Source of the DNA: Bacillota bacterium
GTDB lineage: Bacteria; Bacillota; Clostridia; Acetivibrionales; JANLFN01
Direction of reading: 5' to 3'
Assembly (NCBI GenBank): GCA_023421675.1
Contig: JAEZTC010000011.1
Span: 31,526-63,525, forward strand
Length of the DNA stretch: 32,000 nt
Both the position numbers and the translations under genes were made by a program. The number at the start of each line of letters is the position of its first letter. The first letter of the stretch is position 1. The notes below the pieces were generated by a model. That model saw nothing but the letters and a program-made list of their open reading frames with translations. It was not told the origin of the DNA and did no database searches. Shown in pieces: positions 9,110-19,456 of this stretch.

Positions 9110-10102
9110 CTAGAACAGCTTTATATATTCGACAGCGTATGCAAGAAGCGGAAGAGTTATGACAGATAGTATCGTAGTTACAAAAATGCCTTCAGAAGCA
9201 AATTTACAATCAGAATCATACTGGTTTGCAAGAGCAGCTATTATTGTACCTGCAGGCATTCCAAGCTGCAAAACCACAATCTTTTTAATAAACGGATCGG
9301 GAAGAACCCCAAAAAGAGAAAGAACAACAAACGCAAGAGCAGGAATAATCAGGAGTTTAATAAAAGCCAGTACAAAATGGGGATATCTTTCAATCATACC
9401 TTTAATTCCGCCGATTTTAATTTCAGATAGTATTAAACCTATAAAAATCATTGATATATATATAGTGGTTTTACCAAGCGGATTGAACGCATCGTTCAGG
9501 ACCCTGTAAATTTTACCGGCGAAAGGATTCACTGATACAAGATGTTGAAAATTAATTGCCGTCAAAAAAATACCTACTGCGAAGGCTATTGTGTTTCCAT
9601 TAACAAGATGTTTTATATTGTCTTTCCATTGTGTTGTGTTATGCCTGTTCACAAGATATATGCCCAGCGTCCATAAGAGTATGTCACTTGCCAGATTAAA
9701 GAATATAGCATAAATAATTCCCTGGTCACCATACAAAGCAGTTAGTAGAGGAAATGCCATAAATACAATATTTCCAAAGGTAGAACTCATACAGTAAATA
9801 TTGGTAGCCGGTCCCTTAAGACCTAGCCTGCGTGACATAAAAAAGCCTGCAGCAAGAGATATAGACAGAAATAGAATTGCAAAACCGAATATATACAGAC
9901 CGTTTACTATAGTTTTGCCGCTGAAGCTGTAACCTGCCATTGTAGTAACAATAAGCAAAGGCATGGTGAGCTTGACTATTAGTCTTGATAACACATTTGA
10001 AGTTTCCTTTGGCAGAAAACTCTTTTTGCCTGCAATAAAACCGGTAAGCCCCAAAAATGTAAGTATTATTATCTGTCTAATTATAATGTCTGTTTGCTGC
10101 AT
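9110..10102 (-). CDS. AEC (auxin efflux carrier) family membrane transporter
   Basis: 330 aa with about 10 predicted TM segments. Overall pattern is typical of the AEC / malate-permease-like family. SD GAGG lies 7 nt upstream. Confidence 0.7.
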   Translation of the reverse strand: MQQTDIIIRQIIILTFLGLTGFIAGKKSFLPKETSNVLSRLIVKLTMPLLIVTTMAGYSFSGKTIVNGLYIFGFAILFLSISLAAGFFMSRRLGLKGPATNIYCMSSTFGNIVFMAFPLLTALYGDQGIIYAIFFNLASDILLWTLGIYLVNRHNTTQWKDNIKHLVNGNTIAFAVGIFLTAINFQHLVSVNPFAGKIYRVLNDAFNPLGKTTIYISMIFIGLILSEIKIGGIKGMIERYPHFVLAFIKLLIIPALAFVVLSLFGVLPDPFIKKIVVLQLGMPAGTIIAALANQYDSDCKFASEGIFVTTILSVITLPLLAYAVEYIKLF

Positions 10103-10165
10103 AATAACCTCAATTCCCCAAAAGTGCCAAAGATCATATCTCTGGCACTCGGGGCTAGTATTTTC

Positions 10166-11701
10166 TTATTCCCACTCTATAGTTGCCGGTGGTTTACTTG
10201 TAATATCATAAACAATTCTGTTCACATGCTTAACTTCATTTACAATCCTGTTTGAAACCTTCTCAAGAATATCATAGGGTATTCTTGCCCAGTCTGCAGT
10301 CATGAAATCTGTAGTAGTTACAGCCCTTAATGCTAGAGTATAGTCATAGGTTCTTTCATCTCCCATAACTCCTACACTACGCATACCTGTAAGCACGGTA
10401 AAGTATTGGTTAATATCCTTGGAAAGTCCTGAATTCTTAATTTCTTCACGGAATATATAATCGGAATCTCTTACAATTTCAAGTTTTTCCCTTGTTATAT
10501 CTCCAATTATTCTTATTGCAAGACCTGGTCCGGGGAAAGGCTGTCTCCACACTATGTCAGCCGGTATATCCAGTTCTTCTCCAACTTTCCTTACTTCATC
10601 CTTAAATAAATTACGCAGAGGTTCTATTATTTCCTTGAAGTCAACATAATCGGGAAGTCCTCCGACATTGTGATGGCTCTTTATAACAGCTGCATCACCT
10701 TTTCCGCTTTCAATTACATCAGGGTAAATTGTTCCTTGTACAAGGAAATCAACTTTTCCTATTTTTTTAGCCTCAACTTCAAATACTCTTATAAATTCCT
10801 CACCGATTATCTTTCTTTTTCTTTCAGGGTCTGTAACACCTGCAAGTTTTTCAAGGAATCTGTCCTCTACATTTGCTCTAACAAAGTTTATATCATATTG
10901 TGTAGTGAATACTTTTTCAACCTGGTCGCCTTCAAATTTCCTTAAAAGACCATGATCAACAAAAATACATGTAAGCTGTCTTCCGATAGCGCGGCTGATA
11001 AGTACAGCAGCTACAGACGAATCAACGCCGCCAGATAATGCGCAAAGTACCTTTTTATCTCCAACCTTTTCTTTTATATCTTTTATTGACTGTTCAACAA
11101 AGGATGACATCTTCCAATCACCGGAACAACCGCATACCTTAAACAGGAAGTTATTAAGAATTTCTTTTCCTTTAGGAGTATGAACAACTTCAGGATGGAA
11201 CTGTACCCCATAAAAAGATTTGTCTACATTTTCCATTGCTGCAGCAGGACAATTGTCTGAACCAGCCGATATTTTAAAGCCTTCAGGAAGCTTATTAACG
11301 AAGTAGGTATGGCTCATCCAGCATACAGTGTTACTTTCTACATCTGAAAAAAGCTTGCTGCAACAATCCAGCTTTATTTCAGCCTTTCCGTATTCTCTTT
11401 GCTCAGCCCTTTTAACTTCTCCACCCAGCATAACGCTCATAAGCTGCATTCCATAGCATATACCGAGAATCGGAACACCCAGATTAAATATTTCTTTATC
11501 ACAGAAGGGAGCATTCTTATCAAGTACTGATGCTTGTCCGCCAGTAAAAATTATTCCCTTTGGATTCATAGCTTTGATTTTATCTATTGAAGTTTTGTAT
11601 GGAACAACTTCGCAATAAACATTAGCTTCCCTGACTCTTCGTGCAATCAATTGGTTATATTGTGCTCCGAAATCAATAATGAGTACCAGTTCGTTTTTCA
11701 A
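10166..11701 (-). CDS. guaA: GMP synthase (glutamine-hydrolysing)
   Basis: 511 aa. GATase1 motif GICYGMQ, PP-loop SGGVDSSV, and the canonical C-terminus [11 protein letters not shown] start with a GGGGTG SD. Confidence 0.96.
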   Translation of the reverse strand: MKNELVLIIDFGAQYNQLIARRVREANVYCEVVPYKTSIDKIKAMNPKGIIFTGGQASVLDKNAPFCDKEIFNLGVPILGICYGMQLMSVMLGGEVKRAEQREYGKAEIKLDCCSKLFSDVESNTVCWMSHTYFVNKLPEGFKISAGSDNCPAAAMENVDKSFYGVQFHPEVVHTPKGKEILNNFLFKVCGCSGDWKMSSFVEQSIKDIKEKVGDKKVLCALSGGVDSSVAAVLISRAIGRQLTCIFVDHGLLRKFEGDQVEKVFTTQYDINFVRANVEDRFLEKLAGVTDPERKRKIIGEEFIRVFEVEAKKIGKVDFLVQGTIYPDVIESGKGDAAVIKSHHNVGGLPDYVDFKEIIEPLRNLFKDEVRKVGEELDIPADIVWRQPFPGPGLAIRIIGDITREKLEIVRDSDYIFREEIKNSGLSKDINQYFTVLTGMRSVGVMGDERTYDYTLALRAVTTTDFMTADWARIPYDILEKVSNRIVNEVKHVNRIVYDITSKPPATIEWE

Positions 11702-11783
11702 ATTTACACCCCATTTAATCTATTTTTTAATACTTTATTAAACTAAGTAAATACATATCTTGTATACCCAAATATAATTTAAT

Positions 11784-11811
11784 ATTATACCTAATTAGAA
11801 GGTTAATGCAA
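11784..11811 (-). promoter_or_regulatory. SigmaA-type promoter of guaA
   Basis: Minus strand has TTGCAT (11811-11806), a 16-nt spacer, then TATAAT (11789-11784). Confidence 0.6.
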
Positions 11812-11830
11812 AGATAAAAAACAAATATTT

Positions 11831-11866
11831 TAAAAAAATAAACCCTTCTGTAATAAGAAGGGTTTT
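11831..11866 (-). terminator. Intrinsic terminator after the protease gene
   Basis: Minus strand reads AAACCCTTCT-tattac-AGAAGGGTTT, followed by ATTTTTTTAA. Confidence 0.8.
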
Positions 11867-11880
11867 AGCTTACTCTTTGA

Positions 11881-13041
11881 CTATTGAGTTACAGCACTTC
11901 CGTCTAGTATTTTCAAGACACCGTTTTCATATCCAACAAGATATGTAACCTTATAGTTTTTGGTTACTGTGGCACCATTAGCTTTTTCCTTTGCCGAAAT
12001 AGTCCCATTAACCTTAACTGCGCCGTCTGAGCCTGCAACCGCACTTATTGTCTCTACACTTACAGAATCTGTGTTTTTGAAGCCTGATTTATAAGTGTCA
12101 TAATTGGTTTTTGTCTTCCAATCTATGCCCCAAAGGAGGTACGCTGTTGCATAATCCTTGGTAGTTATGCATCCGTAAAGGTATTTGACTAATTCTTTGC
12201 TTACTTCTGTCAACTCTGTACCTGTCAGCTTCTGTGCAGAGGTTCCAACTTTAGTAGTTCCAGAGCCCGGGTTTGCAGCCCATTTATCCAGATATGTAAC
12301 ACATTGGTAAATAGGTATACTGAAACCTATACTTCCTTGATCAATGTATGCAGAATTTATACCAAGAACCTCACCATTTACACCATCTATCAGAGGTCCA
12401 CCACTACTTCCGGGGGATATTGGGGCAGATATCTGGTACACCTTATTATAGTTAAAATCGCCTATTTTAAAGTTTCTGTCCAAGCCACTTATTATACCTA
12501 TTGTTGCAGTATTCTGATAACCCAGAGGACTTCCCAATGCAATAACCTCATCACCAACCTGAGCTTTTCTGTCCTTTGCTATTTTTAATGGCTGTGTTCC
12601 CGATAATTCAGGTACTCTAACCAGTGCCACATCCAAATCTGCTCCTCGGCCTATTACTGTCCCTGAATATTCAGTTTTCGAATCTGATAGCCTTATTTTA
12701 ACCTTGGAAGCACCTTCAACAACATGAGCATTTGTAACTACGTCACCGTCATTATTGTATAGAAAACCTGAGCCTGTAACCATTCCTTCATCTGTATCAA
12801 CTTCAATAAAGAATACTTGTTTCTGGCATTCGGTTATTATATCTTTTTTTGACTTTGTAACAGAAGTAGTCACAGGTGCTGTAGTTGTATTTTCATTAAG
12901 CGCCATTAGCTTGGATGGGGTTCCACCCTTTTGCTTATCAAATTTTTTATTTAAAGATAAATGTACAATCAAACCTGAAACCAAGATCAATACAGAAAGC
13001 CCTATACTGATAATAAGATATAAAGTTTTTTTATTCTTCAT
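11881..13041 (-). CDS. Membrane-anchored trypsin-like (S1C/HtrA-like) serine protease with a non-PDZ C-terminal domain
   Basis: N-terminal TM segment (LYLIISIGLSVLILVSGLIV). Catalytic-triad context TNAHVV, D in DVALVRV, and GSSGGPL. The C-terminal ~130 aa show no PDZ pattern. Confidence 0.8.
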   Translation of the reverse strand: MKNKKTLYLIISIGLSVLILVSGLIVHLSLNKKFDKQKGGTPSKLMALNENTTTAPVTTSVTKSKKDIITECQKQVFFIEVDTDEGMVTGSGFLYNNDGDVVTNAHVVEGASKVKIRLSDSKTEYSGTVIGRGADLDVALVRVPELSGTQPLKIAKDRKAQVGDEVIALGSPLGYQNTATIGIISGLDRNFKIGDFNYNKVYQISAPISPGSSGGPLIDGVNGEVLGINSAYIDQGSIGFSIPIYQCVTYLDKWAANPGSGTTKVGTSAQKLTGTELTEVSKELVKYLYGCITTKDYATAYLLWGIDWKTKTNYDTYKSGFKNTDSVSVETISAVAGSDGAVKVNGTISAKEKANGATVTKNYKVTYLVGYENGVLKILDGSAVTQ

Positions 13042-13073
13042 GGATTTTCCCCTTATAAGAATCTAAATTAATT

Positions 13074-14489
13074 CTATTCATCCTCGTTATAACTGTCAAA
13101 GTTATTACCAGTATCATAATATTCTTCATCGTCGCCTTGTTCATAGCTAGCGTCTTCTGCCTGAATATACACCAAGCCAACCGGCCTTACATAGACCTTG
13201 GACGAATTGTTATACTTATATGTAAATGATGTGCTGCTGTTTGAACCTAATTCAGCTGGACTGCAAAGAACTGTAACCTGATCAGTAATATTTCCTGTTT
13301 CATCATAAACCTTTAAAAGAACCCTTACATTATAGTATTCCTGGCTACCGCTGTTAACAACCTTTCCAGAGATTCGGCCATTGCTGTCCAGTACAGGTTG
13401 AGATATGGTTGCAGTAATGTCCCCTTCAGTTATTTCTTTTTCCCTGCTTAAAATGCCGCTGGATATTTTTTTAAGACTTGCTTCATAATCGTCCTTTTTT
13501 TTCTGAAAATCATTCTTTAAATCTGCTATTTTCTTGCTTTCGGTAACATATCTTAAAGCAAAATTAAGTTCTTCTAGCTCGGCGTTATAATCTTTACTTT
13601 TTAAAGCTGCTTTAGCATTAGCTGCAGCAAGCTCTTCAATCTTGGTCTTTAATTCTTCCGAAACCTTTATTGCTTCAGGTGTATTTATAGCAGCTGCTGC
13701 CTTATATACAGGGCAAAGCTGATCTATGCTTTTCATAGAACTAGCATTATCCTTAAGCTGCATTACATTTATGAATGCCTTTTTATTTTCAACAATTTTG
13801 GAGAATACCTTTTTAAAAACCTCATTATCCTTATTTATTTCTTCAACTGTTTTACTAAGGCCAGCCAAGGCTTCCTTGTAATTCTTTTGTTTTATGAGGT
13901 CATCAACATCTTTCAACGCGTCAGATATTTTATCACCTTTTTTAAGTATATTCTCATCATCCTTTAATTCAGGATAATCAGGATTTAAATCCAGAGCCTC
14001 AGCGATTAGCTTTGATGCTTCCTCCAGATTACCTTCAAGTGCCGCATTTTCTGCCCTTAATTTCAAGTCCTCCACTTTGTCGTCTTTACTCTTTGCACTT
14101 GAGTAAAATATAAGTACAAAAGCAGCTATCAGAACAGCAGTAACAGCAGGAATAAGCCATACCATCCACAATCGTGATTTTTGCCCCGGATAAACAGGTC
14201 CGAAATTCTCCTGTAACGGAGGCATTTGATTATAGGGCGGCATTGGAGGAAATTGTGATGGCGGAGGCTGCATCTGCATTACGGGAGCTGACTCTTGCTG
14301 TGTTGAATACGCTGATTGTATGGAAGCAGCTACAGGTACTTCAGATGTATTTTGATCTATATTTTCTTCAAAGTATGTATTTTGATGAAAGTTGGCATTA
14401 TCGGTGGGTGTTGCTTCTACTTTACATCCACAGCTTCTGCAGAAATGATCATATGGCTCTACATAAGAATTACAGTTAGGGCAGATCAT
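13074..14489 (-). CDS. Zinc-ribbon domain membrane protein (Pro-rich linker, one TM, coiled-coil/TPR-like region, C-terminal beta domain)
   Basis: N-terminus MICPNCNSYVEPYDHFCRSCGC (CxxC...CxxC). Pro-rich stretch PPPSQFPPMPPYNQMPP. TM segment LWMVWLIPAVTAVLIAAFVLIF. Long K/E/A-rich helical region. The C-terminal segment resembles FxLYD-type domains (tentative). Confidence 0.6.
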   Translation of the reverse strand: MICPNCNSYVEPYDHFCRSCGCKVEATPTDNANFHQNTYFEENIDQNTSEVPVAASIQSAYSTQQESAPVMQMQPPPSQFPPMPPYNQMPPLQENFGPVYPGQKSRLWMVWLIPAVTAVLIAAFVLIFYSSAKSKDDKVEDLKLRAENAALEGNLEEASKLIAEALDLNPDYPELKDDENILKKGDKISDALKDVDDLIKQKNYKEALAGLSKTVEEINKDNEVFKKVFSKIVENKKAFINVMQLKDNASSMKSIDQLCPVYKAAAAINTPEAIKVSEELKTKIEELAAANAKAALKSKDYNAELEELNFALRYVTESKKIADLKNDFQKKKDDYEASLKKISSGILSREKEITEGDITATISQPVLDSNGRISGKVVNSGSQEYYNVRVLLKVYDETGNITDQVTVLCSPAELGSNSSTSFTYKYNNSSKVYVRPVGLVYIQAEDASYEQGDDEEYYDTGNNFDSYNEDE

Positions 14490-14618
14490 ATATATATAAA
14501 CCTCACTTTTAAAAAATAAAAAAAATTCAATACTATTTCATTTTACAATAGACAAATAGTAACTTCAATAATTATTCAATAATATGCAAATTTTATAAGT
14601 AAAGTACAACAATTATAA

Positions 14619-15551
14619 TTATATGCAGGCTGATCCATTAAGATAGTTAAATTTCTTACCCTGAAAACGTTCTTCTGTACTCATTTTTTCTTCTATCATA
14701 TCACGCAATTTCCACCAGCTGAGTCCCCAGTTGCAGAAGCTGGTTCTTTCTTGGGGTGCTCTGCCCATAAGTCTCTGAATAACAATTTCGGGGTTTAGGT
14801 ATTCTAGGAAGGTAATAATACGTTCAATATAATCATCAACAGAAATCGGCTTAATTGCACCGCTTTGATACATTTGATCAAGAACTGTATCCTTTAGAAT
14901 ATATAAGGAGTGACATTTAACCTGGCTGACATTCAAAGCTGAAAGAATCTTTGCTCCCTCAATGACATCATCCATATCATCTGTTGGAAAATCAACTATA
15001 TAATGTGCACAAACCTCTAAGTTACTTGAATTAAGAGTATTTGCAGCATCAATAAACTCTGCAAGTGAATGGCCTCTGTTCATTATTTTTAATGATTTGT
15101 AATTTACAGTCTGAAGCCCCAATTCAACAACTATATCAATGTTTCGGTATTCCTTTACTTTCTTAAGCATTAAAGCACAGTCATTACTTATACAATCTGG
15201 ACGTGTTGAAATATAAATGGCCTCAATATCTTCCAAACATGCTTCCAATATATATTCTTCAAGTTTTTTAACAGGCAGATAGGTGTTACTGTAATTTTGA
15301 AAATATGCAATGAACTTGTCTGAGCCATAATTTTTCCTGATATATTGGGAATTGGCAGCAATTTGTTGTCTTACGCTAATAGTACTAGGAAGACATTCAA
15401 AGCCCGCCCCCTCTTCCCCACAAAATATACATCCTGCAGCACTGAGTCTTCCATCGCGGTTTGGACAAGTTACTGGTATATTGACCGGAAGTTTGTATAC
15501 CTTTGTTCCATATCGTTTTTTTAGGTATTCGGAAAACTTATTATACAGCAA
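14619..15551 (-). CDS. TIGR01212-family radical SAM protein (YhcC-like)
   Basis: 310 aa. N-terminus KVYKLPVNIPVTCPNRDGRLSAAGCIFC is characteristic of this family. TTG start with an AGAGGTG SD 8 nt upstream. Confidence 0.8.
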   Translation of the reverse strand: MLYNKFSEYLKKRYGTKVYKLPVNIPVTCPNRDGRLSAAGCIFCGEEGAGFECLPSTISVRQQIAANSQYIRKNYGSDKFIAYFQNYSNTYLPVKKLEEYILEACLEDIEAIYISTRPDCISNDCALMLKKVKEYRNIDIVVELGLQTVNYKSLKIMNRGHSLAEFIDAANTLNSSNLEVCAHYIVDFPTDDMDDVIEGAKILSALNVSQVKCHSLYILKDTVLDQMYQSGAIKPISVDDYIERIITFLEYLNPEIVIQRLMGRAPQERTSFCNWGLSWWKLRDMIEEKMSTEERFQGKKFNYLNGSACI

Positions 15552-15567
15552 AAATTATTGCACCTCT

Positions 15568-16995
15568 TTATAGTAAATCCTTTGAGCTTTCATTAACAAT
15601 TTGATATATTTCCCGCAGTGGTAATCCTGTTGTTTCAGCTATTTTTCTGCAATCATCATATTCCGGTGAAAGTTTTGAAAAATCCTTTCCCTTTGAAACT
15701 TTTACCCTTACCTCCCCGAATTGAGTATTAATCTTCATAATTTCTCTATCAAGGCAGTACCGCTTTAAGCTGCTTTTTCGTATTCCAAGAGTTGTTGTTT
15801 CCTTCAGCAGCAAATCAACTGCAGCCTGTTCGTTTTCTCTGTTTACAAGTACTGTAATCATAGTTGCGGGGCGGTTTTTCTTCATATATATTGGAGTAAG
15901 AAAAACATCAAGAGCGCCGACACCAAAAAGCCTTTCCATAGTGTAGCCTAAAATTTCAGAACTTATATCATCAATATTTGTTTCAAGCTTTATTATTTCA
16001 TCATTAATTTCGTTTTTATCGTCTAAAGAACCCAATACTACACGAAGAGCATTAAACCTTCCGGTATCTCTTTTCCCTGCTCCATATCCGACTTTTTCAA
16101 TTGAAAGTTCAGGAATATTGCCGAAACTGCAAGCAATTGTTTTAATTATTCCCATTCCTGTCGGAGTAACCATTTCGGTTTGAACATCCTCCGATATTAA
16201 GGGTATACCGCTTCCTGCAAGCATTTCCATAACTGCAGGAACAGGTACCGGAATAGTACCGTGCTGACATTCTATAAACCCTTTTCCATCATGAAGAGGT
16301 GAGGAATAAACCTTCTTCACACCCAAAGCATCAAGACAAATAGCGGTTCCCACAATATCTACAATAGAATCAATTGCACCCACTTCGTGGAATGTTACAT
16401 TTTCAACCTCCATGTTATGTACTTTAGCTTCGGCTCCGGCTATTTCACGAAAAATCCTTTTGCTCAAGTCCTTAACATTCTGGCTGAGATCACTCCATTC
16501 TATCATCATTTCTATTGTCTTAAGATTGCGCATTGAATGGCTGTGGGAATGAGGATGCGAATGGTCGTGTGTATGGGTATGACCATGGCTGTGTTCATGT
16601 TCATGTCCGTGGTCGTGATGATGGCTATGATTATCATCATGGTTATGTTCGTGATTATGGACAGAATCTTCATGGTCATGGCTGTATTCCTGTCCGTGCT
16701 CATCTATATGTACATGAGTATGAGCCTTATGAGCCAGCTCATGCTCGTACATTTCCTTTTGATGCTTTTCAAACTTTTCTTCAAGCTTTTTATAGTCTTC
16801 AGTTATAATCACATTTACATCAGTGCAGGTTATCCCGCTTTTTGATTTTGTTCCTATCACTATCTCATAACCTGTAAGATTAAGCTTTGACAATTCCTTT
16901 AAAAACAAATCCTTATCTATTCCCAAATCCAGTAATGCTCCAAGAGTCATGTCTCCGCTGATTCCAGAAAAACAGTCAAAATATAAAATCTTCAT
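15568..16995 (-). CDS. larC: Nickel-pincer cofactor biosynthesis protein LarC (nickel insertion, DUF111) with a His-rich insert
   Basis: N-terminus MKILYFDCFSGISGDM and motifs FHEVGAIDSIVDIVG and PLHDG..ECQHG..PVP are typical of LarC. It is a single uninterrupted 475-aa ORF. Confidence 0.9.
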   Translation of the reverse strand: MKILYFDCFSGISGDMTLGALLDLGIDKDLFLKELSKLNLTGYEIVIGTKSKSGITCTDVNVIITEDYKKLEEKFEKHQKEMYEHELAHKAHTHVHIDEHGQEYSHDHEDSVHNHEHNHDDNHSHHHDHGHEHEHSHGHTHTHDHSHPHSHSHSMRNLKTIEMMIEWSDLSQNVKDLSKRIFREIAGAEAKVHNMEVENVTFHEVGAIDSIVDIVGTAICLDALGVKKVYSSPLHDGKGFIECQHGTIPVPVPAVMEMLAGSGIPLISEDVQTEMVTPTGMGIIKTIACSFGNIPELSIEKVGYGAGKRDTGRFNALRVVLGSLDDKNEINDEIIKLETNIDDISSEILGYTMERLFGVGALDVFLTPIYMKKNRPATMITVLVNRENEQAAVDLLLKETTTLGIRKSSLKRYCLDREIMKINTQFGEVRVKVSKGKDFSKLSPEYDDCRKIAETTGLPLREIYQIVNESSKDLL

Positions 16996-17023
16996 ATATC
17001 CACCCTATATAATCCTTATATAA

Positions 17024-17770
17024 TTAAATTTGGTTAATCGTACTTGCAAGATACCCTGCCCCAAAACCATTATCAATATTAACGACGCCTATTCCGCTTG
17101 CACAGCTGTTGAGCATTGTGAGCAGAGCTGCCAGTCCACCGAAATTGGCACCATAACCTACGCTTGTAGGTACTGCTATGACAGGCTTATCAACCAGACC
17201 TCCTACAACACTTGCCAAAGCCCCTTCCATTCCGGCTACAACAATAAGTACATTGGCTCTCATAATTGCGTCCATGTTTGAAAAAAGCCTATGTATACCT
17301 GCCACACCAACATCATACAATCTTTCTACTTTATTACCCATTGTTTCTGCAGTTACCGCTGCTTCCTCCGCAACAGGAATATCGGATGTACCTGCAGTTA
17401 CAACTGCAATTACTTTATCGGTAAGAGTTATGTCCCTTCTTTTAACTACAACTATTCTTGCTGCTTCATAATATACCGCATCGTCGGTAACTTCTTTTAT
17501 TGCTTCAAATACTTCCTTACCAGCTCTGGTAGCCATAATGTTATTTTCTCTTTGCATAAGTCTTTCAACAATCGCCTTGATTTGTTGAACTGTTTTACCC
17601 TGACAATATATTACTTCAGGATACCCATTTCTTATTTTTCTATGATGATCAACCTTTGCAAATCCCAGATCTTCAAACGGTTCACTCTTTAATTTGATCA
17701 ATGCCTCATCTATGCTGACATTTCCGTCCTTTATACCCTGAAGAACAGATTTTAGATTTTCCGAATTCAT
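17024..17770 (-). CDS. larB: Nickel-pincer cofactor biosynthesis protein LarB (PurE-like carboxylase/hydrolase)
   Basis: PurE-like core [18 protein letters not shown] and AVPTSVGYG. The track start is GTG 17779, which overlaps the upstream stop. ATG 17770 has better SD spacing (GGGAG at 17785-17781). Confidence 0.88.
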   Translation of the reverse strand: MNSENLKSVLQGIKDGNVSIDEALIKLKSEPFEDLGFAKVDHHRKIRNGYPEVIYCQGKTVQQIKAIVERLMQRENNIMATRAGKEVFEAIKEVTDDAVYYEAARIVVVKRRDITLTDKVIAVVTAGTSDIPVAEEAAVTAETMGNKVERLYDVGVAGIHRLFSNMDAIMRANVLIVVAGMEGALASVVGGLVDKPVIAVPTSVGYGANFGGLAALLTMLNSCASGIGVVNIDNGFGAGYLASTINQI

Positions 17771-17775
17771 ATTTA

Positions 17776-18633
17776 TCACTCTCCCAACCGTTTAATAAGC
17801 TCGGCCTTTTCTTCATCTATTTTTTTACCCTTTATGGCAATACCTACTGTATGTTTTAAAAGAATTTTATATAAGTCCAAATTTTCAGGATTCTTTTTTG
17901 CGATCTGCTCCAAATGACTTTCTACTGTTTTATTGTCTCCTCTTGAAATGGGCCCTGTAAGAGCATTAACGCTTCCAAGAACAGCTATGTTTTCAACAGT
18001 ATGTTTTATTAAAGGTTCAAAGGCTGTTAATGCAATACTCTTGTCTATACCTGCTCTCTCAAGCATATTTTCTGCTGCATAAGAAAGAGTTACCATATAA
18101 TTTGAAAGAATACATGCAGCCGCATGATAAAGTGTTTTGGATTCCTTTGAGATTATAATAAGCTTTGAATTAAGTGAATTTACAATTCTTTGACTTATAA
18201 TATTTGCTTCATGGTCGCCTTCGAAGCTAAAGTATATATTGCTCAACCCAATAAAGCCTTGGACCCTATCAGCAAAAGTCTGTATAGGGTGAAGTGATCC
18301 TACTGTAGCACCCAAATCCCTAAGGGGTTGTATAATATCAGAGGTTTCTGCCCCACTGCAGTGAAGAAAAGTCTTACCTTTAACATTGCCAATGCCTTCA
18401 ATGGTATTTACAACAGGTAAAAGCTCCATGTCAGGAACAGTAAGAAATATAACCTCTGAGTTATTTACCGCAGTAGTAATATCATTAGGTACTTCCATTC
18501 CAAGCAATTTATTAAGGAATAAGGCTGATTCCTTACTCCTGCTATAAATTCCGCCAATCTCATGTTTCTTTTTATATAAGCCAAGTGCAAGCGAACATCC
18601 AACTTTTCCTGCACCAACAATACCGATTCTCAT
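17776..18633 (-). CDS. Rossmann-fold NAD(P)-binding protein with a DUF2520-like C-terminal domain
   Basis: N-terminus [19 protein letters not shown] (GxGxxG) and C-terminal motif LTGPISRGD. Overall 285-aa architecture resembles COG5495/DUF2520 proteins. Function not assignable from sequence. Confidence 0.65.
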   Translation of the reverse strand: MRIGIVGAGKVGCSLALGLYKKKHEIGGIYSRSKESALFLNKLLGMEVPNDITTAVNNSEVIFLTVPDMELLPVVNTIEGIGNVKGKTFLHCSGAETSDIIQPLRDLGATVGSLHPIQTFADRVQGFIGLSNIYFSFEGDHEANIISQRIVNSLNSKLIIISKESKTLYHAAACILSNYMVTLSYAAENMLERAGIDKSIALTAFEPLIKHTVENIAVLGSVNALTGPISRGDNKTVESHLEQIAKKNPENLDLYKILLKHTVGIAIKGKKIDEEKAELIKRLGE

Positions 18634-18646
18634 TAAACGGCACCGC

Positions 18647-19456
18647 CTATTTATTGATGGTTTCGTTCATGCTTCCTGTTCTGTAGCCCTTCAAATCAAG
18701 TGATACATATGTAAAACCAAGACTTTTAAGATAATCGTATACCTTATCCATTAAATCAATATCAAAGAACTTGCTGCGTTCACCGGATGCAACCTCTATT
18801 CTTGCAAGTTCGCCGTGATGACGTACTCTTAAATGTCTGAAACCCAAATCAAGCAGGAATTGTTCAGCTTTATCAATTGTGTCCAGTTTATCCTTTGTTA
18901 TTTGCTGTCCATAAGGAATTCTTGATGCAAGGCAGGCAAAAGGCTGTTTATCCCAGGTCGGCAAGTTCATTTGTTTTGATAAGTCTCTTATATCCTGCTT
19001 GGTAAGCCCCGCTTCTTTCAATGGACTTTTAATTCCAAGTTCCTGAAGAGCCTGCATGCCCGGCCTATAATCACCTGTATCATCAATGTTCGAACCATCA
19101 ATAACATAGTTTAGATTATTCTTTTTAGCTATATCACAAATTTTTGTATATAATTCTTTCTTACAGTAATAGCACCTGTTTACCGGATTTCCTGAAAAGC
19201 CGTCTATTTCAAGCTCTTCTGAAACAATCGGGTAATGCTTTATTCCCAAACCTGTTACAAAACTTACTGATTCCCTGAACTCTCTCTCAGGATATGTAGA
19301 TGAACGGGCTGTTATTGCAATTACATTATCTTTAAGGACATCATGTGCTACCTTGAGCAGAAATGTACTGTCAACTCCGCCTGAAAAGGCAACCGCGACA
19401 CTTTCCATTTCTTGCAGCTGTTTTTTTAATATTTCAAGTTTATCTTTTAATTCCAT
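18647..19456 (-). CDS. larE: ATP-dependent sacrificial sulfur transferase LarE (PP-loop ATPase)
   Basis: PP-loop motif AFSGGVDSTFL, and a 270-aa LarE-like body including CLASRIPYG. The track start at 19465 is a GTG within the SD (ttGGAGtgtttaaaATG), so ATG 19456 is preferred. Confidence 0.88.
   Translation of the reverse strand: MELKDKLEILKKQLQEMESVAVAFSGGVDSTFLLKVAHDVLKDNVIAITARSSTYPEREFRESVSFVTGLGIKHYPIVSEELEIDGFSGNPVNRCYYCKKELYTKICDIAKKNNLNYVIDGSNIDDTGDYRPGMQALQELGIKSPLKEAGLTKQDIRDLSKQMNLPTWDKQPFACLASRIPYGQQITKDKLDTIDKAEQFLLDLGFRHLRVRHHGELARIEVASGERSKFFDIDLMDKVYDYLKSLGFTYVSLDLKGYRTGSMNETINK

Noticed and set aside
16512-16845. Three ORFs (one minus-strand out of frame, two plus-strand) and apparent short DNA repeats (catgat/catggt/gtgatg) in 16530-16760
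   Set aside because: They are a by-product of the His/Asp/Glu codon repetition in the LarC His-rich insert. There are no spacer/repeat periodicity, no direct repeats of CRISPR length, and the peptide sequences are nonsense (MVM/HGY runs).
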